Part shown: positions 16,757 through 26,050 of the stretch, piece after piece | Position numbering within the stretch: position 1 is the stretch's first letter | Layout: each line of letters opens with the position of its first letter | DNA from: Alphaproteobacteria bacterium | GTDB taxonomy: Bacteria; Pseudomonadota; Alphaproteobacteria; JAQWUY01 | Direction of reading: 5' to 3' | Assembly (NCBI GenBank): GCA_965232465.1 | Contig: OZ246977.1 | Span: 2,502,135-2,566,134, forward strand | Length of the DNA stretch: 64,000 nucleotides | Notes under the pieces: model-generated | Database searches by the model: none | The model's input: only the letters and a program-made list of their open reading frames with translations | Told to the model about the DNA's origin: nothing | Program-made: the position numbers and the translations under genes

Positions 16757-17677
16757 CTAAAATGGCACTGGTATTGTGTGCCAATCAGGGGGTAACAATT
16801 CGTCTTCGGGGGTGCCGTTTTTTAACCATGGGGTTGGGGATATGACCCTTTTATTGGGGTGTTGGTTGATATACGCCCCCCACCACGAATAGGTGCTGTT
16901 GGTAATAATATTATGCGTACATTTGCCCATCAGGATTATATCTTCAAAATCAGGTGCTTTGCCTTTGCTGTCCACATAAACAGGATTGGGCAGAAAATCC
17001 AAGTTATTACGACACCAATCTTGATCCATAGAAAACACAAACGGGCGGGCATTGGGGTATTTTTCGCTTACCTGTTGCCATGCCTGTTGAAAATATTGTG
17101 CCGATGGGATGTTATAAAAGGTATCCTCAAAATCATCCCGCCGTACATGTAAAGACACGGCATTTTTTTCAGATTCAATACAGCGGAGTATACCTTTGCT
17201 AAATGGACTGAGCGGGTGTTTAGGGGTCACAGTTTCCAACAAGATAGGTCTTACCGCATCCGCATACACATGATTTTGAAAAAAACCACAGGCAATCCGT
17301 CCTAAGAAGACCTCTGTATCCGATGTGTGGTAAAACAATTCATAATACTTTTTTCTTTTAAATTTGGTTAACATATACAGCAATTTACCCCACCTGCCCT
17401 GTAAGTAATTATCGGAAAATAGGGTTTCTGTATCAATGTTAAAGGCTTTTTCTAATTCTTGGTGTATGCAGAATGCTTTTTCACCTATGAGAATACGATC
17501 GTGATAGGTATGCACCACTTTTACCCCATGTTTTTGTGCCAAATACACCCCAAATGCATAAGCAAACAACTGATTCCCCCACCCCCCAGCAATGCGAATA
17601 ATCACAGTATCCTTGCCAGTGCATAGTATCTTAAAAAAATCCCGTACTGTACGGTTTGCCACCATATGGTTTGCCAT
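16757..17677 (-). CDS. GT11 family alpha-1,2-fucosyltransferase.
   Basis: IIRIAGGWGNQLFAYAFG matches GT11 motif I (GGLGNQMFQYA). SLHVRRDDFE matches the HVRRGDY motif. Confidence 0.75.
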   Translation of the reverse strand: MANHMVANRTVRDFFKILCTGKDTVIIRIAGGWGNQLFAYAFGVYLAQKHGVKVVHTYHDRILIGEKAFCIHQELEKAFNIDTETLFSDNYLQGRWGKLLYMLTKFKRKKYYELFYHTSDTEVFLGRIACGFFQNHVYADAVRPILLETVTPKHPLSPFSKGILRCIESEKNAVSLHVRRDDFEDTFYNIPSAQYFQQAWQQVSEKYPNARPFVFSMDQDWCRNNLDFLPNPVYVDSKGKAPDFEDIILMGKCTHNIITNSTYSWWGAYINQHPNKRVISPTPWLKNGTPEDELLPPDWHTIPVPF

Positions 17678-17683
17678 AGCGTA

Positions 17684-18514
17684 TCACTTTTGCAACTTAT
17701 TAGATGTAAATTGACGGGTAAAATATCCCCAAATGCCCCCATGTCGCCATATTTTTTCGGGTATCATTGCCAATTTATAGCGCAATCTACGCCATTTATT
17801 ACGATTGGCAACACGCGCAGATTTTAAAAATGTATCTGGGGGTACACCCTGTTGTTCATACCCATACATTATATCAGATTTGACCAAAGGCACCCCTTCC
17901 ATCAATGCCACCAAGCCAAACACCGGCTGATCATGGCGGTGCATTTCAAAGTTAGGCAGTTCTTCGCCTAATTTTGAACGGCTATCGCTGATAATATCAT
18001 ACTGTGTTGCATAGTACAGACATTTTTCAATAAATTGTATACTGTAATCAGATTTACGCCAAATATTAAAATTTCCTGCAATCATCGGGGCATTATGGGC
18101 TTCGGGGGTATCACAGCCCATTAAAATAAAAGTATCCCGTTTACAACGGGTATTACAATTTTCCCCCATATCAAACATCACCACATCCTGATTATAGTGT
18201 TCAGGCATACGAAAAACAGGGGTTAAGTCTTTGAGTACCATAGTACCACTATCCGCATAAAAAATAACATCGCCATTTTGTATATCATCCCGCAATAAAG
18301 TTTTGCGGATAATATATGGTTTCCACAGCCAATACCCCGCCCCACGGGTTTTATTTAATATTTTTTTATGTTTGCGATAAAAATCTATATCAATATCATC
18401 GGGGGTGTACGATATAACCCGGTCTACTTTCCCTATATTCAGGGCGGATTCTGTATTGCGGACTTGTTGTACCGTAAAATCTTGATTGGCATAATTTATA
18501 AATATTTTCTGCAC
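17684..18514 (-). CDS. Hypothetical protein, putative glycosyltransferase of the glycan locus.
   Basis: 276 aa. Segments GAGYWLWKPYII and DVIFYADSGT look nucleotide-sugar transferase-like. No confident family assignment. Confidence 0.35.
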   Translation of the reverse strand: MQKIFINYANQDFTVQQVRNTESALNIGKVDRVISYTPDDIDIDFYRKHKKILNKTRGAGYWLWKPYIIRKTLLRDDIQNGDVIFYADSGTMVLKDLTPVFRMPEHYNQDVVMFDMGENCNTRCKRDTFILMGCDTPEAHNAPMIAGNFNIWRKSDYSIQFIEKCLYYATQYDIISDSRSKLGEELPNFEMHRHDQPVFGLVALMEGVPLVKSDIMYGYEQQGVPPDTFLKSARVANRNKWRRLRYKLAMIPEKIWRHGGIWGYFTRQFTSNKLQK

Positions 18515-18517
18515 GCC

Positions 18518-19933
18518 CTATTCCCGTCCATATATATCTTCGTACCGTACAATATCTTCTTCGCCCAAATACTCGCCCGTTTGCACTTCGATAAGGACTA
18601 TGGGGGTTTTGGTGGTGTTGCGTAATCTGTGCTTGTTGCCCTGTGGAATGTATATGGATTCGTTGGCGTTTAATGTCATGGTGGTGTCGCCATTGGTAAC
18701 AGTTGCCACCCCCATAACCACCACCCAATGTTCAGAACGATGCCGATGTGATTGCAAAGATAGCTGTTGATTCGGGTATACAAGTATCTGTTTTACCTTG
18801 TATGTATCGCCTTCATCAAGAATCGTAAAAGTCCCCCACGGACGGTATTCTGTGTGATGGATTTCCACTGTGGGGTGTTTTTGTTGTGTCAAAGTATTGA
18901 CAATATGTTTTATCCCCTGTAATTTGTTATTATCCGCCACCAACATAGCATCACGGGTTTCCACAATGGTTACATTATCCAGCCCCACAGTGGCAATTAA
19001 CTTATCATGGGAAGTGGAAAAAATATTGGTATTTTGTGTATCGTGCATGACCACATCGGATACATCCCGTACACGGTTATTGTGTTTATCAATGGGCAAG
19101 GTTTCGGCAACGCTGTCCCATGCCCCCAAATCGTTCCAATCAAAATCAGCGGGGACAACCGCCACTTTGTGCGATTTTTCCATCACCGCATAATCCACGG
19201 ATATATCAGGCATATGGGCAAATACATCCGCATCAATAACAACATCTTTATCGTTCACACTGACCTTATGGACAACGGACGCTACATCGGGGGCGTGTTC
19301 ACTTAGCTGTTGCAGATATGTATCCGTGGCAAACACAAACATACCCGCATTCCAAAAATAATCCCCCCTATCCATATACAGTTTTGCCCTGTTCACATCA
19401 GGTTTTTCCACAAACTGTGCCACCGCATACCCCCCCGGCACCCCATCGCCTCGCTTGATATAGCCATATCCTGTATGCGGTTGGGTCGGCACTATCCCTA
19501 ATGTTACCAAATATCCATTATGGGCAATTTTTACAGCAGATTCAATGCACTTATGGAACCGGGGTATATCGTGAATAATATGGTCACTGGGCAACACCAC
19601 CACAATAACATTGTCGCCAAAGTGATGCTTGGCATAGGCACAGGCAATCCCGACCGCCCCCGCCGTGTTTTTGCCAAAGGGTTCAAAAATATTATGGCAT
19701 ATAAACCCCATATCACATACCACATTATGCACAGCAAAACGGTATTTTTTGTTGCTTACCGATATAATATCAGTTATAGAATCGTTAAAATTATGAATAC
19801 GGCGAAAAGTATTGGCAAGCAAAGATCCCGAATTTTCCGCCCACATAAACGGTTTTGGGCGTGCCGAACGGGACACAGGCCACAACCGTGACCCCACCCC
19901 CCCAGACAGTATAACAGGTACTATTTTTTGCAT
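18518..19933 (-). CDS. manC: Mannose-1-phosphate guanylyltransferase / mannose-6-phosphate isomerase (bifunctional ManC/XanB type).
   Basis: N-terminal VPVILSGGVGSRLWPVSR NTP-transferase motif. C-terminal cupin ESIYIPQGNKHRLRNTTKTPIVLIEVQTGEYLGEEDIVRYEDIYGR. ATG at 19933 preferred over the upstream TTG at 19969. Confidence 0.85.
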   Translation of the reverse strand: MQKIVPVILSGGVGSRLWPVSRSARPKPFMWAENSGSLLANTFRRIHNFNDSITDIISVSNKKYRFAVHNVVCDMGFICHNIFEPFGKNTAGAVGIACAYAKHHFGDNVIVVVLPSDHIIHDIPRFHKCIESAVKIAHNGYLVTLGIVPTQPHTGYGYIKRGDGVPGGYAVAQFVEKPDVNRAKLYMDRGDYFWNAGMFVFATDTYLQQLSEHAPDVASVVHKVSVNDKDVVIDADVFAHMPDISVDYAVMEKSHKVAVVPADFDWNDLGAWDSVAETLPIDKHNNRVRDVSDVVMHDTQNTNIFSTSHDKLIATVGLDNVTIVETRDAMLVADNNKLQGIKHIVNTLTQQKHPTVEIHHTEYRPWGTFTILDEGDTYKVKQILVYPNQQLSLQSHRHRSEHWVVVMGVATVTNGDTTMTLNANESIYIPQGNKHRLRNTTKTPIVLIEVQTGEYLGEEDIVRYEDIYGRE

Positions 19934-20113
19934 AAAAGTACATATATCATATTCATATATGATAAACAACTTAAATATTTATCATAAAAACTATGTTGCT
20001 CAAAAGGGAATATGGTGGGTACAGAAAATGTGCACCCTGCCTGTATAAGGTGGGAAGTGTTGTTTTATATGCTTTTCTGGTTATAAAACCATGGTTATAA
20101 AACTACTTGGCGT

Positions 20114-20575
20114 TTATGCCACATCAGATTCTAAGTTTATGGAATCTGTGGTATTTTCCAGTGATACTGTTTTATCTGGTTCCGCATCCAATGGGGTACT
20201 TTCCTCAGATATATCAGATTCCATATCATTTGATATATTATCATCTATGTTGGCAATCGCTTTGGCTTCTGGGTATTTTTCACGGTAATCACACAATAAC
20301 ACCATATAGTGTTCTGCATACTGAAATAATAGCTCAGCCTTGTGTTCGTCGCCTGCGGACAAGGCTTCATATCCTGCATTTTTATATTTATCATAAATCT
20401 GTTGTGCATTTCCACGCACTTTACCCAAGGGACCATTTGATTCGAATTGTTGGCGATTAGGATTCACCTCCTTGGTCTTTTTATAATAACTCTTACCATT
20501 TTTTTGTTTATTGGTGGTTTTATTCCGTCCATTCTTCCCATTGCCATAACGGGAGCGTCTTAAATTGTTACGCAT
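20114..20575 (-). CDS. DUF4167 domain protein (alphaproteobacterial-type, basic N-terminus, acidic tail).
   Basis: GNAQQIYDKYKNAGYEALSAGDEHKAELLFQYAEHY resembles the DUF4167 core. Confidence 0.5.
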   Translation of the reverse strand: MRNNLRRSRYGNGKNGRNKTTNKQKNGKSYYKKTKEVNPNRQQFESNGPLGKVRGNAQQIYDKYKNAGYEALSAGDEHKAELLFQYAEHYMVLLCDYREKYPEAKAIANIDDNISNDMESDISEESTPLDAEPDKTVSLENTTDSINLESDVA

Positions 20576-20854
20576 TTTTAATCCTTAATAATGTTAATTT
20601 GTTCTTGCCTTAATATTATATTAATACCTATTTTGTGTACACATATAGCAAGCAAACAGGAATCGTTATTATATTATTATTTCCCAAAATATCTGTGTAG
20701 TGCAGTCACTATACCATAAAAATGTGCATATGACAAGTACCTTATAACAATTTTATTATTTTTCATATCATTTTTTTCACATATATCCCCTTGTCAACAA
20801 GGGGGGATATAGTATAATACCCCATAAACACATAAATATATATAAGGACAAAAC

Positions 20855-21937
20855 ATGGATTTTAACAGCCTGCTTATGGATATAACCCACATATTACGAT
20901 TGGAAAATACCGAAAAAACGCTAAGCATTCTGGGTATCTTGGGCGTATCCATACTGTCCCGTTCGATGGTGTCCCGATTGGTACTGCGATGGATTACAAA
21001 ACTTGTCAAAAATACCAAGACCTCATTGGATGATGCGATTTTGGATGCCTTACAAGGACCTATGCGGTTTTTATCAATCATTATCGGATTGTATTTGGTT
21101 GCGGATTTATATTTATCCATAGAGGCAATTGTACGAACCATCACCGCCGGTATCGTATTTTGGGCATTATATAACACCACTATACCGCTAGGGACATATT
21201 TGGAAAGCACAGAACTTCATCTACATGTATCCTTAATCAAATGGGTACTGCGGGTGTCCCGGGTGTTAATTGTAATTATTGGCATTGCCGCCATTATGGA
21301 AATATGGGGCATTAAAGTGGGACCCATTTTAGCAGGCTTGGGTATATTAGGGGCGGCGGTTGCCCTCGCCACCCAAGATTTATTTAAAAACCTTATTGGC
21401 GGTTTTTTAATCCTTAGCGAAAATAGGTTTTCCGAAGGCGAATGGATAAAAATCGACGGCATCTGCGAAGGTACAGTGGAAAAAATCGGCTTGCGATCCA
21501 CTTGTATCCGTCGGTTTGACCAAGCCCCATCATATATCCCCAATGCCCAATTAGCGGATTCGCCATTAACCAATTTTAACCGTATGACATACCGCCGTAT
21601 TTATTGGACGATTGGGCTGGAATATGGCACCACCCACGCACAATTGCAACACATTGTATCAGGTATGGAAAAATTGGTACAGGGCAAAAATTTTGTCCCC
21701 AAAAGCCAAGTGTCCACCTTTGTAGTTATCGATAAATTTAACGACAGCTCGATTGACATTATGATTTATGCCTTCACAAAAACCACAAATTGGGGCGAAT
21801 GGTTGGATATAAAACAACAGCTAGCACTGGACATCAAAAACTTGGTCGAATCACAAAATGCCAATTTTGCCTTCCCCAGCCAATCCATATATGTGGAAAA
21901 AGTCGACGGCTGGTTGCCCCCAAATGTAACCACATAA
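20855..21937 (+). CDS. Small-conductance mechanosensitive channel (MscS family).
   Basis: ILAGLGILGAAVALATQDLFKNLIGGFLILSENRFSEGEWIKIDG...GTVEKIGLRSTCIRRFD is the MscS pore-helix and beta-domain signature. Confidence 0.85.
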   Translation: MDFNSLLMDITHILRLENTEKTLSILGILGVSILSRSMVSRLVLRWITKLVKNTKTSLDDAILDALQGPMRFLSIIIGLYLVADLYLSIEAIVRTITAGIVFWALYNTTIPLGTYLESTELHLHVSLIKWVLRVSRVLIVIIGIAAIMEIWGIKVGPILAGLGILGAAVALATQDLFKNLIGGFLILSENRFSEGEWIKIDGICEGTVEKIGLRSTCIRRFDQAPSYIPNAQLADSPLTNFNRMTYRRIYWTIGLEYGTTHAQLQHIVSGMEKLVQGKNFVPKSQVSTFVVIDKFNDSSIDIMIYAFTKTTNWGEWLDIKQQLALDIKNLVESQNANFAFPSQSIYVEKVDGWLPPNVTT

Positions 21938-21955
21938 ATATTTTTTATAAACCAT

Positions 21956-22567
21956 TCAAAATTGTTTGTCTTGCAACATATGGGAGATACCGCCACGGAT
22001 ATATGTATATCCAGTAATAGCGGTTAATACCGCCGATACCATCAAAATACCATATCCGCCCCACATAATGCCTTGGTCGCCCAATATCAGTACACCCAGC
22101 GCCACCATTTGTGTAGCGGTTTTCCATTTTGCCAGGGGGGTTACGGGCACAACAATATTTTTTTCCGCCAAATATTCACGTAACGCAGACACAGTAATTT
22201 CCCGAAACAGTATACCCATTGCCATCACCCCACCAATGGCACCAAATACAGTCCCAAAATTCGGGCTGTTAAATGTTAAAGTCCCATTTATCATTAAAGA
22301 AACAAGCACCGCCGCAACCAATAATTTATCAGCAACAGGATCCAAAAATCGTCCCAAATCGGACACAGTCCCCCATTTTCGTGATAAATACCCATCCAGA
22401 AAATCCGTAACAGACACCATAACATATAGCCAAAATGCCATCCAATCTGTTGTTGTTTTTTGAATAAACATCAAAATGATAATAAAAGGGATACCCATTA
22501 TTCTGGCACTGGTTAAGATATTGGGAATATATTGTTTCATATGTGGTGTTTTAATATATATTGTCAT
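21956..22567 (-). CDS. pgsA: CDP-diacylglycerol--glycerol-3-phosphate 3-phosphatidyltransferase.
   Basis: CDP-alcohol phosphatidyltransferase motif DFLDGYLSRKWGTVSDLGRFLDPVADK. Conserved uvrC-pgsA adjacency. Confidence 0.85.
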   Translation of the reverse strand: MTIYIKTPHMKQYIPNILTSARIMGIPFIIILMFIQKTTTDWMAFWLYVMVSVTDFLDGYLSRKWGTVSDLGRFLDPVADKLLVAAVLVSLMINGTLTFNSPNFGTVFGAIGGVMAMGILFREITVSALREYLAEKNIVVPVTPLAKWKTATQMVALGVLILGDQGIMWGGYGILMVSAVLTAITGYTYIRGGISHMLQDKQF

Positions 22568-22580
22568 AAGGCTCAGTATA

Positions 22581-24452
22581 TCATGATTTATGAAAATAGT
22601 TATATATATTTTCGGCTAATCGTCGACTAATGCCCTGCAGACGCATTAAATCGTGAATACCTGCCCCGGCAATCGCTGTGCTCGATCCAAAATATTGCAA
22701 TAACTTGGTGCGTTTCACTTTACCAATGCCCTCGATATTGTCCAAGGGGCTGGTCAGCATCTTTTTACGGCGTTTTTTACGATGGGTACCAATGGCAAAG
22801 CGATGTGATTCGTCCCGAATCCGTTGCATAAAAAAATGTAAATCCGATCCCACTGTAATGGGAATTTGGGCGTCTGTCGTATAAAATGTTTCTGTACCAT
22901 CATTCCGCTTTTCCCCTTTGGCAACACAGACTAAGGGAATATGGGACACACCGACCGCATCCATGGCTTGTTTTGCCTTTGACAATTGTCCCCGCCCCCC
23001 ATCGACCACCACCAAGTCAGGCAAAATAGTTTTTTCCTTAGTCGCACGGGTAAAACGACGGGTTAAGACTTCATACATCATGGCATAATCATCCCCCGCC
23101 CGTCCCCTTCCATCCCGTCGATACATATGGGCTTTAATATTCCAAGTGCGATACGATTTTTTATCAAAGCCTTCTGAATTAACAACAATCATTGCCCCCA
23201 CGGGCATATCCCCTTGGTGATGGGAATTGTCATATACTTCAATCCGTTGGGGAATATCCGCCAATTGTAATACATCACGCAACGCCCGCAAGGCGGCGTT
23301 GTGGGTGGTAATATGCGATTTATGCCTGTCGAGGGCGGACTTAGCATTATCCACCGCCATTTGTACCACCTTTTTACCTATTCCCCCCTTAGGACAGTGA
23401 ATTTTTGCCCCATATGCCATATAAAATGCCTGTGTCTGCACATGGTCAATCGTATGCGATACCCAAATTTTTTTGGCGGGGGACATATCCCCATAATACT
23501 GATTGATAAAATCCATTAAAATATCGCCATTATCCATTTCCCAATCGACCCGTGGAAAAAATACCGCAGACCCCGCAGTGGTGGCACTGCGATAAAACAA
23601 AATTTGCACACAAACAATTGCTTTTATTGTGTCATTGCCCCATCGATATAAAGCAAACACATCCACATCACCCACCCCTTGGATGCGGTTACCTTGCGAT
23701 ATACGCAGATCTTGTAATGCCCGCAATCTGTCCCGATATACCATTGCCATTTCAAAATCATTTGTATTCGATGCCTGCTGCATACTATGTTGTAAACGGT
23801 GCAACAATCCCGTATTTTTGCCTGATAAAAACTGTATCACCTGATGAACATAATCCTCAAAATCTTCCCCGTCTACTTTACCATCTGGGACAAAAGACCG
23901 CATAAATTGATGGCGATACACAGCGTGATATCGGGTACGATGCTTTTGCATATGGGCGGATATGGAATCCCCGTCGGGTATCGGTGCCAAATAAAACACA
24001 TTGCGTAACACATCAATAGTTTTATTTACCGCCGAAGCATTGGAAAAGGGTCCAAAATATTGACAATCCGCACGATGTAATCCCCGATGCTTTTTAATTT
24101 GTGCCATGCCATTATCAAAGGACAATTCAATTTCCGGATATGATTTATCATCCCGTAATAAAATATTATAATAGGGCTTTAACGATTTAATTAAATCCGC
24201 TTCCAATAATAAGGCTTCGGCCTCAGATGTGGTTTCCACAAACTCCATATGGCGGGTGCGAAAAATCATCCGCTGAATGCGGATCGATTGCATATCCGTA
24301 CGGGTATAAGATAACACCCTAGCCCGTAAATTTTTCGCCTTGCCCACATATAACACTTGGTTGTGGGCATCCAGCATACGATACACTCCAGCCTTCGACG
24401 ACAAAGTCTGGGCGAAATCTTTAATAATTTGTATTCCTGTTTGATACGACAT
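22581..24452 (-). CDS. uvrC: Excinuclease ABC subunit C.
   Basis: GIY-YIG motif GVYRMLDAHNQVLYVGKAKNLRARVLSY. Length 623 aa. C-terminal HhH region. Confidence 0.9.
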   Translation of the reverse strand: MSYQTGIQIIKDFAQTLSSKAGVYRMLDAHNQVLYVGKAKNLRARVLSYTRTDMQSIRIQRMIFRTRHMEFVETTSEAEALLLEADLIKSLKPYYNILLRDDKSYPEIELSFDNGMAQIKKHRGLHRADCQYFGPFSNASAVNKTIDVLRNVFYLAPIPDGDSISAHMQKHRTRYHAVYRHQFMRSFVPDGKVDGEDFEDYVHQVIQFLSGKNTGLLHRLQHSMQQASNTNDFEMAMVYRDRLRALQDLRISQGNRIQGVGDVDVFALYRWGNDTIKAIVCVQILFYRSATTAGSAVFFPRVDWEMDNGDILMDFINQYYGDMSPAKKIWVSHTIDHVQTQAFYMAYGAKIHCPKGGIGKKVVQMAVDNAKSALDRHKSHITTHNAALRALRDVLQLADIPQRIEVYDNSHHQGDMPVGAMIVVNSEGFDKKSYRTWNIKAHMYRRDGRGRAGDDYAMMYEVLTRRFTRATKEKTILPDLVVVDGGRGQLSKAKQAMDAVGVSHIPLVCVAKGEKRNDGTETFYTTDAQIPITVGSDLHFFMQRIRDESHRFAIGTHRKKRRKKMLTSPLDNIEGIGKVKRTKLLQYFGSSTAIAGAGIHDLMRLQGISRRLAENIYNYFHKS

Positions 24453-24492
24453 ATGTCCACTATATCAAAAAGACAAAAGCGTATCCATAATT

Positions 24493-25278
24493 TTATGGTT
24501 TTAAACGCCACCCAGATTTTAAGATGTAATAGGTGATACCACATAATACCATCATACATATAAATAGTATTTGAATGTTTAAAACAGGGGATACATCGTT
24601 GTATCCCGTAACCGCATACCGTATTCCGTCGATCATATAGAAAAATGGATTAAATAATACAAATTTTTGGATAACTGCGGGCAGGCGGTCAATGGTGTAA
24701 AAAGTCCCCGATAAAAACGACATAGGTACAATAAAATATGTGGATATGGACGAGGCTTCGTCCCATTTATTTGCCCAAATACCGGTTATTAAACCCATAA
24801 TCCCCAACACTGCACTGGATAATATTAAGACGGTTATAAAATATAGGGGATGGGCAATGGAATAGGGGTGAAAAATATACATGGCAAGCCCAGATGCACC
24901 GCCGACTAATACTCCACGGCTAATACAGGCACCGGTCATGGCGATAATAATTTCCCACTCTTTTAATGGGGGCATCAGAAAATCGACGATTGCCCCATTC
25001 ATTTTGGCGGCAACCAACGATGTTAGACTGGACGACACGGTGTTTTGAATGACTTTCATCATAATAAAACCAGGAATTAAAAAATCAATCAAGCTGACCG
25101 CCCCATCATATTGGGTGCGATCCCGAAAAGAAACCACAAAAATTGATAAAAACAAAATACTGGTGACCATCGGTCCCAATATAGTTTGGGTGGGAATAAC
25201 CAAGAATCTTTTGACTTCCCGTTTATATAAAATCCAAGTCCCATAGGCATTAAATGCCCCATATGTGCGTATATCCAT
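24493..25278 (-). CDS. ABC-2 type transporter permease.
   Basis: Six-TM hydrophobic profile with an ABC-2 style N-terminus. No ATPase partner adjacent. Confidence 0.5.
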   Translation of the reverse strand: MDIRTYGAFNAYGTWILYKREVKRFLVIPTQTILGPMVTSILFLSIFVVSFRDRTQYDGAVSLIDFLIPGFIMMKVIQNTVSSSLTSLVAAKMNGAIVDFLMPPLKEWEIIIAMTGACISRGVLVGGASGLAMYIFHPYSIAHPLYFITVLILSSAVLGIMGLITGIWANKWDEASSISTYFIVPMSFLSGTFYTIDRLPAVIQKFVLFNPFFYMIDGIRYAVTGYNDVSPVLNIQILFICMMVLCGITYYILKSGWRLKP

Positions 25279-25341
25279 TTGTATTTTTTTGTTCCATTGT
25301 TATATTATAAGTAGGGGACATTATACGCTGTTTATTTTTAT

Positions 25342-25962
25342 ATGGCAATATGTAATAAAAATGTGTACCATATAAACATGCAAAAGACACCAGATACCCA
25401 AAAATTTGTTAAAAAAATAACCCAATCACGGTTACAAAATGTGGCGTTGTATTATTTGGATCGTTTTGGCGGCACAGAAAAATCTGTGCGTAATATGTTA
25501 CATCGCCGTATCCAAAAATCTTTGCAGGTTCATCCAGATCAAGATATAAATACCATTCGAAATTGGGTGGATATGGTTATCGCAAAGTGTATCGATTATG
25601 GATATATAAATGATTCTGTTTATACAAAAACCCGTATTCAGAAATTATTGGACAAGGGAAAAAGCCTTACATTTATTACCCATGATTTATACGCTAAGGG
25701 TGTAAAATCCGAAATCATAGACCACCACATATCCACATATGATATGGTAAAAATCAATGCTAAATCTGTTTACATATATGTACAAAAGTACCGATTAGGG
25801 GTGCATAGATATGATAACCAACGGGACATAGACACTTATATGGAAAAGTATCAAGATTACACCAGCGATCATTATAAACAACATCAAAAGGACCTATTAA
25901 AATGTGCCAAACAAGGATTTTCATACACAGACTCACAAAACGCCTTGTTGGACATGTTGTAA
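25342..25962 (+). CDS. recX: RecX-like regulatory protein.
   Basis: Repeated RecX-type motifs: LQNVALYYLDRFGGTEKSVRNMLHRR and YINDSVYTKTRIQKLLDKGKS...LYAKGVKSEII. Confidence 0.45.
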   Translation: MAICNKNVYHINMQKTPDTQKFVKKITQSRLQNVALYYLDRFGGTEKSVRNMLHRRIQKSLQVHPDQDINTIRNWVDMVIAKCIDYGYINDSVYTKTRIQKLLDKGKSLTFITHDLYAKGVKSEIIDHHISTYDMVKINAKSVYIYVQKYRLGVHRYDNQRDIDTYMEKYQDYTSDHYKQHQKDLLKCAKQGFSYTDSQNALLDML

Positions 25963-26050
25963 AAAACCCAAGACATTACAAATAATAAAGGAAAAAATAC
26001 ACCGCCTTGCTTAAAAAAAGCAGAGCGGTGCACTATTATGTTGCGGGAAA

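Noticed and set aside
20107-20460. 117-aa plus-strand ORF
   Set aside because: Overlaps the DUF4167 gene on the opposite strand. Low-complexity His/Tyr-rich translation.
20781-20810. Palindrome ATATCCCCTTG-TCAAC-AAGGGGGGATAT upstream of mscS as a regulatory operator
   Set aside because: Single occurrence and an imperfect stem. It could equally be a terminator remnant, so it is not reported as a feature.
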